Origin: Magallana gigas
Taxonomy: Eukaryota
Reading direction: 5' to 3'
Length of the DNA: 64,000 bases
Assembly (NCBI RefSeq): GCF_963853765.1
Contig: NC_088857.1
Location: 56,234,001-56,298,000, forward strand
Notes under the pieces: model-generated
The model's input: only the letters and a program-made list of their open reading frames with translations
Database searches by the model: none
Told to the model about the DNA's origin: nothing
Shown here: positions 24,001 through 34,800 of the stretch, piece after piece
Position numbering within the stretch: the stretch's first letter is position 1
How the letters are laid out: each line of letters starts with the position of its first letter
Program-made: the position numbers and the translations under genes

Positions 24001-27000
24001 ATTGTGTATCAATTATGACCCATCATGGATTAGCTTTTTACTTTGATCTGTTAGCTATTGTGTATCAATTATAACCCATCATGGATTAGCTATTTACTTT
24101 GATCTGTTAACTATTGTGTATCAATTATAACCCATCATGGATTAGCTTATCACTTTGATCAGTTAGCTATTGTGTATCAATTATAACCCATCATGGATTG
24201 GCTTTTTACTTTGATCTTCACACACAATATGACCACACCCAAGCTATCCACTAATCACCAAAGCTGACCCATCTTAACAATTACAGCTATAGATCAACCA
24301 ATCATAGATTGGCTTCTTAATTGATTGGATAAATTAACCAATCAATACACAGGTAAAAGTCTATAAGCCAATGATAATCTTTGTTAGCATCCCAAGCTGA
24401 AAATAATCAGAATCTGGGTCTATAAAAAGACAGAGTAAGCTGGCTGGTCATCAATCACCCATTGTGATCCAATCTAAGTTAACACAGTGCTATTGCCAAC
24501 CTCTAAACATAGAATCAGCATATCTCTTAGGTGGAGAAATTGTTCACCTAATTCGTGTTGTGAAATATCACTGTTTTTTCTTTGTTGTCTTATGTAAAAA
24601 ATTGTATCAGTGAATTGTGAGTCAGTGTGAAAAGTGACAAAGTGCATTTAGTGTGTTCTAGTGTCAATAGTGTGTTGTAGTGTCAGTGTAGTGTTCCACC
24701 ATGGCTTCTCGTTCTTCCTCCCCCGCCATTGCCATCAACTTCACCACCACTCTTGAAGACATCATCAAGGCCACCATCTTTGACGATGCCCCACCCAGCC
24801 CTCAACTCGCCACCAGCCCAGACAACACCAGCGTGGACACTACTCAAGCGGAGACCAGATTTGACGAGTGCCTCAACTCCCTCTTCAGTGACCATCCCAC
24901 ACCAGAGAAATCCCATGACCTTCACTCTGACTTCCACCTTGCTCTCCAGTGTCTTCCACCGACCAGTCCAAAGAAGATCTTCAGTGACAGCACCATCTCC
25001 TCCACAGAGATCTTCACCGCTCTCAAGTCCATCTTCCGCTCAGAAGCTGACTCATCCACTCCTTCTGTGCTCATCAAGTCCGTCCAACCAAAGATTTCAC
25101 CAGCCGACCGTGAACAGCAACTTCTGCAGAGATTCAAGACCCTCCGTTCCTTTCATCCCCAGGAGATCAACGACTTGTCTTCCTTCTTCAAGTACCAGAG
25201 TGCCCAGGTGGAGACTGACCGCTACTGTGCCCTTCATCAGAACTCCAACCAGCCCCTCCACATCAGAGAGAGCATCAACCAACACTACAACATCACCCAC
25301 CACCGCATCATGGACCGTGTGGAGAGCAGTCTTCAGTTCCTCGAGGACAACCTTCCCACATCCTCACCCACCCAGACCGCCTCCCCACAGCAAAAGACCA
25401 CCACCAAGAGCAACCTTCGTAGCAGACCATCCCTGTCCCAGAAAGCCGTTCAGCTGATGGAAGAGTGGTACTACAGTCACCGAGATAACCCCTACCCACC
25501 CTCTCACATCATCCAGGACTTGGCCAGGAAAGGAGGAGTCAGGGAGGAGCAGGTCAAAAAGTGGTTCTCCAACAAGAGGAACAGAAGCCGAAGGTCATCA
25601 GGGGTCAACAAGAGGAGGTCAACCGGTGTCATCAAGAGTGTGCCCTGCTTCTGGTGAATGTGCTCTGTGAAATCTGTGTGTGCAATGCCTGTAAAATGTG
25701 ATGTCTGTGAAATTTGATGTCCTGTGAAAACAATCTTGTGAATGCGCCATTGCTGTGTGATTTTCATCTTGTGTGTGCTATGTGTGTCATATGTGATGTG
25801 TTTGCAAACCTTCAATAGCCGTTTTAGTGTTAAACATAATGTCTTTGTGCTACTTTAGTTTGCTGTGCTTGTGCTTTTTGATGTATGGTGCTGTGTTCAA
25901 TCCATTTATATATTAGTTTGTTAATTTTGTTGATTGAAACATTGCTCTAGATCAGGGCTTTAGATCTTATATACATTTGTGTTTTGTTATGAAATTCAGC
26001 TATTCTGTAGTATATTTAAGTGATGATTATATAGTGCTCATTGTAATGTTTCACCAAGTGTTGCATGCTCCTTCAGCTTTGTGTGTTTTTGCCTATAGTG
26101 CTATAAATAATTTATGAATATTCAATGAAAAGTGCTACCATTTACTAATATAAATGCATGTATCATGTTATTATTGCCTTTAATATTAAAATAAATAAAA
26201 ATTAGAAAGGTGCTGTTCTTGCTATATGCAGTTTGAATTAAAATTAAATTATACAGTTTGAACATCTTGAGGCCATGAATTGATTAGAGATACAGGATAC
26301 AGTGGAATAGAATTTGGTGGCTCAATTTTCTTGGTTTTTGTGGGTAGCCCTCGCCCACGAATTTACATCCTCAATGAAAACTAATTATAGAAGATATATT
26401 TTATCTTCTGAAATTAAAAACTAACACATCCACAAATTACATCCCCTCAAATATGCAAAAACCCACAATCCACAAAAATTATCCCCCACAATATTAAATG
26501 ATTCCACAGTACTTCTACACAAGTTGCAGCTTTTTCTTGTCAATTAGTTTTTGAGATGAATATTTTTTTTTAAATTGTTACATATATAATCCTGAGTAAA
26601 AAATTAACTACACTGTGGCCTTTGAAAGGGGATCTACATTTCTTGAGGATGCTTCCCAGCAAAATACAGCTAATCTTGCTGATTGGTTTTTAAGAATTAA
26701 TTTTTTTTTAATTTTTTTTTTCTCGATATATAACAATACCAAAAATTTGCCCCCCATTATGGCACCACCCTACCCCCAAGGATCATGATTTTAACAAATT
26801 TGAAAATAAACCTAAGGATGCCCAAGGAAGTTGAGGTTTTTCTGGCTGATTGGTTTTTAATTAAGAAGATTTAAAAGACTTTTCTCTATATATTCCCATT
26901 AAAAGATTTTCTTTTTTTTTTCATTGTAGTCTATCCGACCCAACAAGGATCATGTTTTAAACAAACTTGAATCTACATTCTTGAGTGTGCTTTAAAAATT

Positions 27001-28518
27001 TCAGCTATTCTGGCCACATGGTTTTTAAGAAGATTTTTGAAAAAATCAAACAAATTTTCAATGATTCTTGTAAATCCCCCCTTGAAGGATGGCATGGTCC
27101 TTCATTTACGATCAATCTGGTGATTAAATTTCCCTCGAAGTACAATATTCACATCGCCTTGGCTCTGTGAAACAAAACCATCATACCTTGATGCTTTTCT
27201 TTCTTTCTTTTTTTCCTCTTCTTTGAAGTTGTTGACTTCAAAGACAAAATCTGAAAATGACAAATCATAACATGATATATAGCTAGACAGATAAGTGCTA
27301 TGATTTCTTTAGTGCATCCATTTCTACAACATTCTGCTACTGTGTCTGTACCTCATCCGGACCTCCTGTTGTGGTATCTATATCTGTGGTAGGTTTATTA
27401 GCAGATAAACTATGAGGTGACGAGGACAAACTTCTGCCTGTCTGCAATGAGTTGGCACTCTTACCAAAAATCCATCTTGTACATGGATGACCACCTGAAG
27501 AAAAAAAAAAATTACTGACAATATCGATACTTCCAACAGCTTTCGATAAACAGTACTGCAGAAGCACTCATTTGATCAATTGATAATACCGAGCGCAGCG
27601 AGAGGCGGGCGAAGCCCGCCTCGCGAAGCGAGGATTAATGGTAACACATATATATAAGAAAATCAGTGAAAAATGAAAGTTGAATCAGGGGTACTAAGGC
27701 CAAAAAAAATTTCTTCCAGCCCTGGGCGCCGCCATATTGGCAGCCATTTTGTTTTTAAAAAGTTAGTTCGGTCATTGATTGACTGGTACTTATCGATGTT
27801 TATTGCCCTTAAACTCGATTAAAATTTTCTAGTGTTTCAATAAAAGGTAATTTGAATTAAAAGAAATAAAAGAGGACACCAGATAAGTTTCAATAGTGCT
27901 CTAATCAAGAAACACGACTAATTCTATGTATATCTTATCAAATTACCAGATGGAAAATAAAAACATTAACATCAAGGAACTGATCTTTTAGATACTGAAT
28001 AAAGTATTAAATTTTATTACCGCGGCATTTATATGAATTAAATTGTTAAACAATGAAAGAAGAAATAAAAAAAAAGTTCGGAATAACGTTACTCTCTTCG
28101 GCTATTTCCGAAGACAAAACATGTACGTTTTACGTCTGAAACATGACGTCATAATTTAGACTGAGCACGCCACGTTTAGTTAAACTTTGGCTAATGATTT
28201 GAGTACGTAACCAGGCGGATCCTACTGTGTGCGTTTCAAATAAATTAGTTCTACAAAAATCAATCTGCACTGTGTTAAATCTGCGCTCGGTCCAACGGTC
28301 ACACCGTTTACATATTAACTTTTGAGGAAATTCGAATTGATGTAAAAAAAATGAATACATTTTTCCGTTAAGTTTTTTTTCATGTGACAAGATAAATAAT
28401 CAATGTAAACAGAATTTTTCAATGAATTACTTGGTTGAATTCGGGGTGAAACATTAGAAACGTCTCTTAAAACATGTGTAAATGCACTTCGCCACATTCT
28501 TCCAATGAGCGCAGCCAT
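15030..28518 (-). CDS. MTPAP: Divergent mitochondrial poly(A) polymerase-like terminal nucleotidyltransferase (TENT family), 11 exons, ~564 aa
   Basis: Exons (minus): 28518-28431, 27494-27352, 27250-27187, 22396-22320, 21275-21194, 21042-20828, 20533-20468, 19545-19348, 18324-18158, 16288-16074, 15409-15030. All GT-AG, phases match, 1695 nt open. Arg-rich presequence-like N-terminus; AERSILAHCP (recalled human mtPAP AQRTVLIHCP); PFGSVLNGF..SDLD; ARVPIIKY..GDIS; SLDQLLCGFFQFYKDFDF and IMNPF (PAP-associated domain). Orthology versus paralogy is untested. Confidence 0.8.
16575..18142. repeat. 35-bp minisatellite, ~45 copies, intronic
   Basis: Unit TTATCCATTGGATAGAATATTTGACAGGTTGTAAC; lies in the intron between exons 18324-18158 and 16288-16074. 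Confidence 0.95.
18531..19011. mobile_element. MITE with AGGCCATT termini (Kolobok-like)
   Basis: TIRs AGGCCATTCCAAGTTTTT..TGTTTAGCGTCC / GGACGCTAAACA..AAAAACTTGCAATGGCCT; T/A-rich flanks. Confidence 0.7.
21772..22352. repeat. 50-bp minisatellite, ~11.5 copies, containing the exon 4 3' end and splice donor of the mtPAP-like gene
   Basis: Unit TCCCAATGTCTGGACCTACCGGTTCTACCTCCTCTGACAACAAAACCAAC; on the minus strand it reads ...GAGGAGGTAGAACCG|GTAGGT. Confidence 0.95.
22536..23412. mobile_element. MITE with ~10-bp TSD (MULE-like) carrying a nested second MITE
   Basis: TIR TTCTCTTTTGAGAAGTGGACAGGCATAGCCTACATCC / GGATGTAGGCTATGCCTGTCCACTTCTCAAAAGAGAA; flanking direct repeat CCTTTTGTGT at 22525 and 23413. 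Confidence 0.75.
22563..23232. mobile_element. Nested MITE with 8-bp TSD
   Basis: TSD CAGGCATA at 22555-22562 and 23233-23240; subterminal IR GACATCTCATCGAAA / TTTCGATGAGATGTC. Confidence 0.75.
23889..24216 (+). repeat. 56-bp tandem repeat, ~6 copies, upstream of the homeobox promoter
   Basis: CATCATGG anchors at 23909, 23965, 24021, 24077, 24133, 24189 (period 56). Confidence 0.95.
24298..24428 (+). promoter_or_regulatory. CCAAT-box cluster plus TATA box of the homeobox gene
   Basis: CCAAT/ATTGG at 24298, 24308, 24324, 24338, 24368; TATAAAAA at 24421, 280 bp upstream of the ATG at 24701. Confidence 0.7.
24701..25657 (+). CDS. Intronless TALE-class homeobox protein with PADRE motif (lophotrochozoan-specific type), 318 aa
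   Basis: Homeodomain ~25418-25606: RSRPSLSQKAVQLMEEWYYSHRDNPYPPSHIIQDLARKGGVREEQVKKWFSNKRNR (three-residue loop extension, NPYP, WFSNKR). Literal PADRE at 25100-25114 begins a helical domain. Codon bias is distinct from the flanks. Confidence 0.9.
   Translation: MASRSSSPAIAINFTTTLEDIIKATIFDDAPPSPQLATSPDNTSVDTTQAETRFDECLNSLFSDHPTPEKSHDLHSDFHLALQCLPPTSPKKIFSDSTISSTEIFTALKSIFRSEADSSTPSVLIKSVQPKISPADREQQLLQRFKTLRSFHPQEINDLSSFFKYQSAQVETDRYCALHQNSNQPLHIRESINQHYNITHHRIMDRVESSLQFLEDNLPTSSPTQTASPQQKTTTKSNLRSRPSLSQKAVQLMEEWYYSHRDNPYPPSHIIQDLARKGGVREEQVKKWFSNKRNRSRRSSGVNKRRSTGVIKSVPCFW
26298..26510. mobile_element. Short MITE
   Basis: Imperfect TIRs TACAGTGGAAT / ATTCCACAGTA. Confidence 0.5.
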
Positions 28519-28817
28519 CTTTTTAAACTCTCTAAGCAAATAAAAGGAAAACATTACAATTCTAGTGTTTCGTGCAACTAAATTACAAATTGTGCGACTA
28601 AGTAAAAGTTTACAAAACGTTCATAGCAAATTTTGTTATTTTTTTTTTACTTTCTCTCAGATTGATTTAAAAAATTTAAAGATAACACGTCTTCGAGAGT
28701 ATACGGCATCATGGCTGGTCATTGAACGTTTCAAACCACTGGGGAAGACTTATAAGAAATTTTTTCACTTGTCGTGTGTGATTTTTTTTGATAGGAACAA
28801 ACGCTATCGTTTCTGTG
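28519..28817. promoter_or_regulatory. Putative bidirectional promoter shared by the mtPAP-like gene and TUT1
   Basis: 299 bp separate the divergent start codons. YY1-like AAGATGGCTGC overlaps the minus-strand ATG. An acceptor-like TTTTTTTTGATAG at 28782-28794 suggests a TUT1 5'UTR intron. Confidence 0.65.
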
Positions 28818-31800
28818 ATGTTTGTTATTTGCGATATATGTCAGTGTGAAATATCCTCAGGTAAGAATACTATAACCATGGTTATAAAGTAACTGAAAGT
28901 AGCTATCAGCTTCTAATGCTGAATTGAGGTTTAATATATATTTATATTTATTTAGCTTTTTAAAATAGCTTGATGATAAAAAATACTCATGATACAGAAT
29001 GGAAATTTAAAAAAGTATTTTGATTGGTAAAAGTTATTAGCCAAAGTACTGACAATTTATCTCAGATGGTGAAGTAATTCTACTGGTAGGCCTAGTTTCA
29101 ATTTTTACAACCCATTAAGAGAGTTATAGAGTTTCCTTTAAATCGAATTTTATCTTATAACTTTTTTATTTACGAGTAAAATCTGTTTGTAGCGGATCTT
29201 TATGAATACCACGTCAATGGGAAGAGACATCAGGTCCAACTGGAGCGGTACAAACGCCGGAAGGACGAGTCCGAGCGCAGTGTGTACGCCCGGGGATTCC
29301 CACCCTCCACCCAGGAGCACGAACTGCTGGCCTACTTCTGCATGTTTGGACCGGTGGAAAAAATAGTTTATGATGAAAAGAAATCCATGAAAACTGTAAG
29401 TCATTGCCTCTTGTATATCAATCTTTGTGAACTTGATGAATTTTTTTCTAGCTTTTTAAATGGAACATTTAATACATTGCTTGTGATTTGATTCATGAGT
29501 TTTAAAGTTTATTGATAAGCTCATTTTCTTCTGCCAAGTGTTGGCATAACAAGCAAGAACTGATCGTCTTTCTTATATTGACTTTCTAATGAGATACCTA
29601 AGTCAGCATAATGAAGTATTTAGAGAGTAGGGAGCTTGTTTTGGGATTGGTGGGAATAATATTATCTGATAAACATTTGTTTGTGACAAAATCCTATCAT
29701 GATATTCATCAACCAGGATAGATGCTTTAATTTTGTACTTATTGAAAACAATGTTTTATATCAGAAAGTTCCTGCTTTTGCCATTGTGGAGTTTAAATCA
29801 GCTGACACAGCAAGATCAGTGGCAACTTATGGGCAGCACGTCATTAACAGTCAGCGCATAGAGATCAGGCCACGCACATTTAAAGAACTGCGAACAGAGC
29901 CCTACTTTCCATGGCAACGGGAAGATAACAATAGGGATCTGCCGTGGCAGAAGTATAACGAGTTACACCAAAAGCTGTCCGCCAACAACATACAGATGGG
30001 TCCCTACGAAGCCGCTCAACCACGGCGCAAGGGGAAAATAAAAGGCCCCGCACCCATCAAGCAGGGGAGAGCCAAGGATTCCGAGGGTCAGGACATCGTA
30101 CCCATCGATGTGAAGGAGTTCCAGACTTATCTGGAGCAGCATCAGTGTGTCGGGGTAAGGCTTCCAACTATCCTTTAGGGATAAGAGTGCTTGATGAATT
30201 AGCAATGAAGAAGGAGTAAGGCAGTAATGATGTAGTATAAGGCTGCTACAATGTAAGATCGTGTAAGCATTTGGTAATTTCAATCATGATTGTCTAGTCG
30301 TTTTGGGTGATATCATCAATTTTTGTTCTGTTGTTTGTATTGATTTCAATGGATGTAAAAACAAATCAAATTATGTACTAAATATGAAATTCATCATTTT
30401 ATTTACATGCATGTTCAATGCATTGATGAATATCTTTTAAATCAGTTTATTTAAAATGACTGTTTGTGCTTGATATCCTTGGGTGTTGACATACAAAAAA
30501 GGAATACCTTCAAGTAGTATTTACTAAAAAAAAAAAAATAACTGAATTAGAAACGTTTTAACAAGAGCTTGTACTTTGGGCAGTATGTGACAAATCCAAT
30601 TTGATTCTGGTGGGGTCTACTCATGTATTTTATCTAATATATATGAATACATTGAAGGCAATGACACCTGTCTGACTTAAACCAGGGATGTATATTTAAG
30701 AAATAAACAACGTTATTTAGTGAACATGGCGTTATGTAGCAATTGCTCTGTTGGCATATTCCATGATGCGCGCTAACGCATCATGGAAAATATGCCAGCA
30801 GAGCAGTTGCTATTCATAACGCCATGTTCACTAAATAATCGTTGTTTATTACTTATATTTGCATTTTACCACTCTCAAATACCCTGTATTAGCATAGACC
30901 TTGATATTTAGCTATTGCATCAAAAATAAACGTTCAGACTGTAATGTATCATTTTAATTCACATAGATTTGTTAACAGAATCAGTGATATGTTATAAAAG
31001 TAATTCCTTTAAAATGTTATTATAAGACATGTTTTAATATTAGATATATCAATTTTATGGAGTTGGAGAAAAACATATGATGTATCGTATAGTTGTTTTA
31101 ATCTATAACGTAATGGAAAAGAATATGATGTCACACCTTTATGATGTCATAGTATACAGACAGCGCAATTGCGATTATAGAAATATATTTGTAGTTCCTC
31201 CGTATGGACTTATAGTGGGAAAGAACAATGGATATGCAAATATTTCCTGGTAACTGTCCATTCATATAACAGAGCAACAGCCTTTGAATATTAATGAGCT
31301 TCTCTTGATAAATTAAAAGAAAGGAGGTCAATATTTGACAGCCATTTTTACTGAGCAAACTAGATAGTAACATCCCACTGAAAGTCCAAGCTCTTGTTAC
31401 AGCTCTAAATGTTTCATTTTCCCCTTGGTATATTGAGTACCAAGTAGTTAACGTCCAAGGATCTCGAGCAGTTTTCTCCTGTATTTAGAAACCTCATCAT
31501 TTATTTTGAACTCCCACTTGATCTGTATCGGTAACGACTTAACAGTTACATCAGTATCGTAACTGACATTGCGGAGTAGTTCTTTAAACCGTGGTTTATC
31601 AGGCACTACAATCGCAGTCAGTCGTGACCTTGCAGAATCAAGTGACCTTGTCCTAGGTTTGACCTTGTCCTAGTTTTGACATGACCATTGCTCTCCCTCA
31701 GATTCAGACCCAGGTGATGTTGTTAGTAGAGCTAACCCAGGTCACCACAGCCGAATTCCAGTCTCGCTACACGATCTGTAAAACTCTGGAGGACGCACTC

Positions 31801-34800
31801 AGTCCGTTCTTTCCAGGTTTGTCTCGGGAAGTTCAAAAGCATCCCAACAACCATTCATTGCTTTTCAAATGTACATGTAATAGTATACATTCATTTGTAT
31901 ATATGCGACATAAATGCACTTGATCTCTTAATTTGAGGTGATCAATTCCAGCAATTATTTGTTTAATTTGTATATTGTGAGCAAATGTATATATCATGAT
32001 GCTGATAGCTTTTATGATACTTTATGAGTTAAAAGTGTTTAAATTTTTAAAGCAAAAGGTCACTTACAATATATTGATAAAGGTTTTTGTCATACCTGTA
32101 TTTACTGTATTTACTATATCCAGATTTAAAATTAACACATACTGTAGATAAATGTAATGTGATGTATTAAGCTTTGAGATTGGTATTCTATTTTAATCAG
32201 GGTAAATCTTCATGTTGATCCGTTTTCATTAATGTACCAGGAATGACAGTGAATCAGTTTGGATCCTCGGTCAATGGTTTTGGAATCAAGGGCTGTGACA
32301 TGGACGTCTACATTGATCTGACAAAACTGGGAATTCCCTGCCGAACCTCAGTAAGTGGGTCAGCAACAGATGAGGTGATCTCTAAATTTGGTTTTAGATG
32401 AGTCCCGGAAACATAAATCTTCTTCAATCGAGAATCATTTTTTAAGCAGTGTGGTGTACTTACATTGAATGTAAAATGATTTTGATAAATGCATTTGTAA
32501 ACTTATCAAGTGATAATGTGCCTCATTTCTCCAAGGCTAAATTCATGACGCTAATATTTCTTTCATCTCTTGTACTGGCGTCAGTGCTAACTGCCTTCTT
32601 GTTTTTGTCCCTCAGAACATTGTACTACACTATATCAAGGAAATGTACACACGCGAACTAACTGCTTTCTTGTTTGTCCCTCAGAACATAGTACTTCCCT
32701 ACATCAAGGACCTGTACACACTGAAGAAGAAGAACAGTGGCCCCCTCTCCCAACAGGAAGTGGACAACATGCGCCCCATGGACAAACTGAAGCTCATCCA
32801 GCGCATCATCACTGAGCACGCTCCGTCGTGCATGGACACACGCATCATCCCGAGCCAGCGCTGTCCGATCCTGCGATTCACTGACTACAACTCCCAGATC
32901 AAGTGTGACCTCTCTATCAATAATAAGTAGGTCCTGACTCCAGATTAATAAAGTTAAACACTCAATTTTCTAAAAAAATATTTTTAACATTTTGAAATCT
33001 CTAAAATGCGTACAAATTACAGTAAAATTAATTAGATAAGAATTTCATAATTACATGATCTTTCCCAGTGACCAGCCAAACCATTGTTATAATGTTTTGG
33101 GGTTTATTTATGGTACCTTAATTCTTAACTTTGTGCACACATTTGTCATAAGTCCTGAGTGAGTAAATCAACTGGTACATGTAAATATACAATATTTCAG
33201 TGTTACTGGTAGAAGTCTTTTCTCTTTAATTCCTCATCAACTGATAGCATTGGTTTGATATTTAACTGAATAAAGTTTCTGTCTTTTCTGTATTACAGAC
33301 TGGCCCTACAGAACACGCTTCTCCTACAGACTTTAAGTCTGTTCAAATTGTTGAACTTGTTTATCACTCGTTGGAAAATAAATGTTATTTAATTAATTCG
33401 TTACAAATTACAGACTGGCCCTAGAGAATACGCTTCTCCTACAGACTTTAAGTCTGTTCAAGTTGTTGAACTTGTTTATCAATCGTTGTAAAATAAATGA
33501 TATTTAATCAATTTATTACGTTTTTCAGACTGGCCCTTCAGAACACGCGCCTCCTGCAAACCTTCAGTCTGTTTGACGCTAGGATAAAGCCCCTGGTCTA
33601 CTCAATCAGGTACTGGGCCAAGCTGAAGGGCATCGCGGGGAACCCCCAGGCCTGTAACCGCCTGTCCTCCTACGCCCTAACCATGCTGGTCATCTACTAC
33701 CTGATGAACACCACGCCCCCGATACTACCCCCGGTGGAGGAGCTCTCCAGGATGTGTGGTCAGTAGAAAATAGAACTCCCCAAACCTCAGAAAAACAAGT
33801 TGTCATTTACCTTTACATTATATACAATATGGTTAAACACTGTTACAGAGACACATTAATTTCATGATGTATCAACACTTAGAGCAAGGTTGATGTCTTT
33901 CATATAATCTTAGACATGCATAATAAACTCATTAACAAATTGTGTTTACAATGAATTAGTGGTGTTGCCCCTGTTATTCCCAATGATCCTGATCAACTGT
34001 ATATTGAACACTTTGTAGAGATGAGTTTTTCTATTGCCCCCGGTGCTCCCTTTAGCCCTATTCTACTGTGTGATGAATTCTGTGTAGAAATAGGGTTTAA
34101 GTTTTCTATTATTCTATTAAAATATGTCATGTTTCTTATGGGTTTCTTTATTTTGTAGGGAGAGATAGGACCATTGTTGACCAATGGGATTGTTCCTTTG
34201 TGTCGGCTCAGTTCATGCCTCCCACCCCCAACATACAGACCATAGGTATTGTACACTGTTTTGTAAATTCAGTTTAGTTGCTCTAGAGCAACAGTTTGGA
34301 TTTACAATTAATTGTGATAGTCATTTTTTACACATATACCGTATTTTCCCGACGACTCGTCGAATTGCTCATTTTTAGCCAAAATGTCAACAAAATCCTA
34401 CGATACGTCGATTCAGACCATGCTTCGATCTTATCACTTCAAAATGGCGTATAAAACTGCAGTAACATTATCAGTGTATGATGCCACGATGTCCCCGATA
34501 TTGCTACCAATTATTATTAATGATTAACATTTAAACAATTACGCTTTAAACTTATGCATCATATTTTCAAATACCGGCAACATCTTCAAAGTCGCTTTCA
34601 TTTTAAACAATTCCCGATATCGCGTGTTATGCAAAACTAAACTTACTTTGTCAGAAATATTTTATTCCCAAGCATAAAATAATTATCCACTCTGACTATC
34701 GCCAGTGTATTCGCCATTACGTAACCAGCCACCTGTTGACTCGGCGCGTGGTCAATGTTTGTTTAACAATTTCCGGTGTCATAGGCATGCACCTGTCTCG

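Noticed and set aside
24729-25457. 242-aa overlapping +1-frame ORF in the homeobox gene
   Set aside because: Starts at TTG, is low-complexity S/P/T, and is explained by the C-rich third-position bias of the real ORF.
27590-28320. GC hairpin GAGGCGGGC-GAA-GCCCGCCTC and downstream repeat-like sequence in mtPAP-like intron 1
   Set aside because: Likely a transposon remnant, but I could not define matching ends or a TSD.
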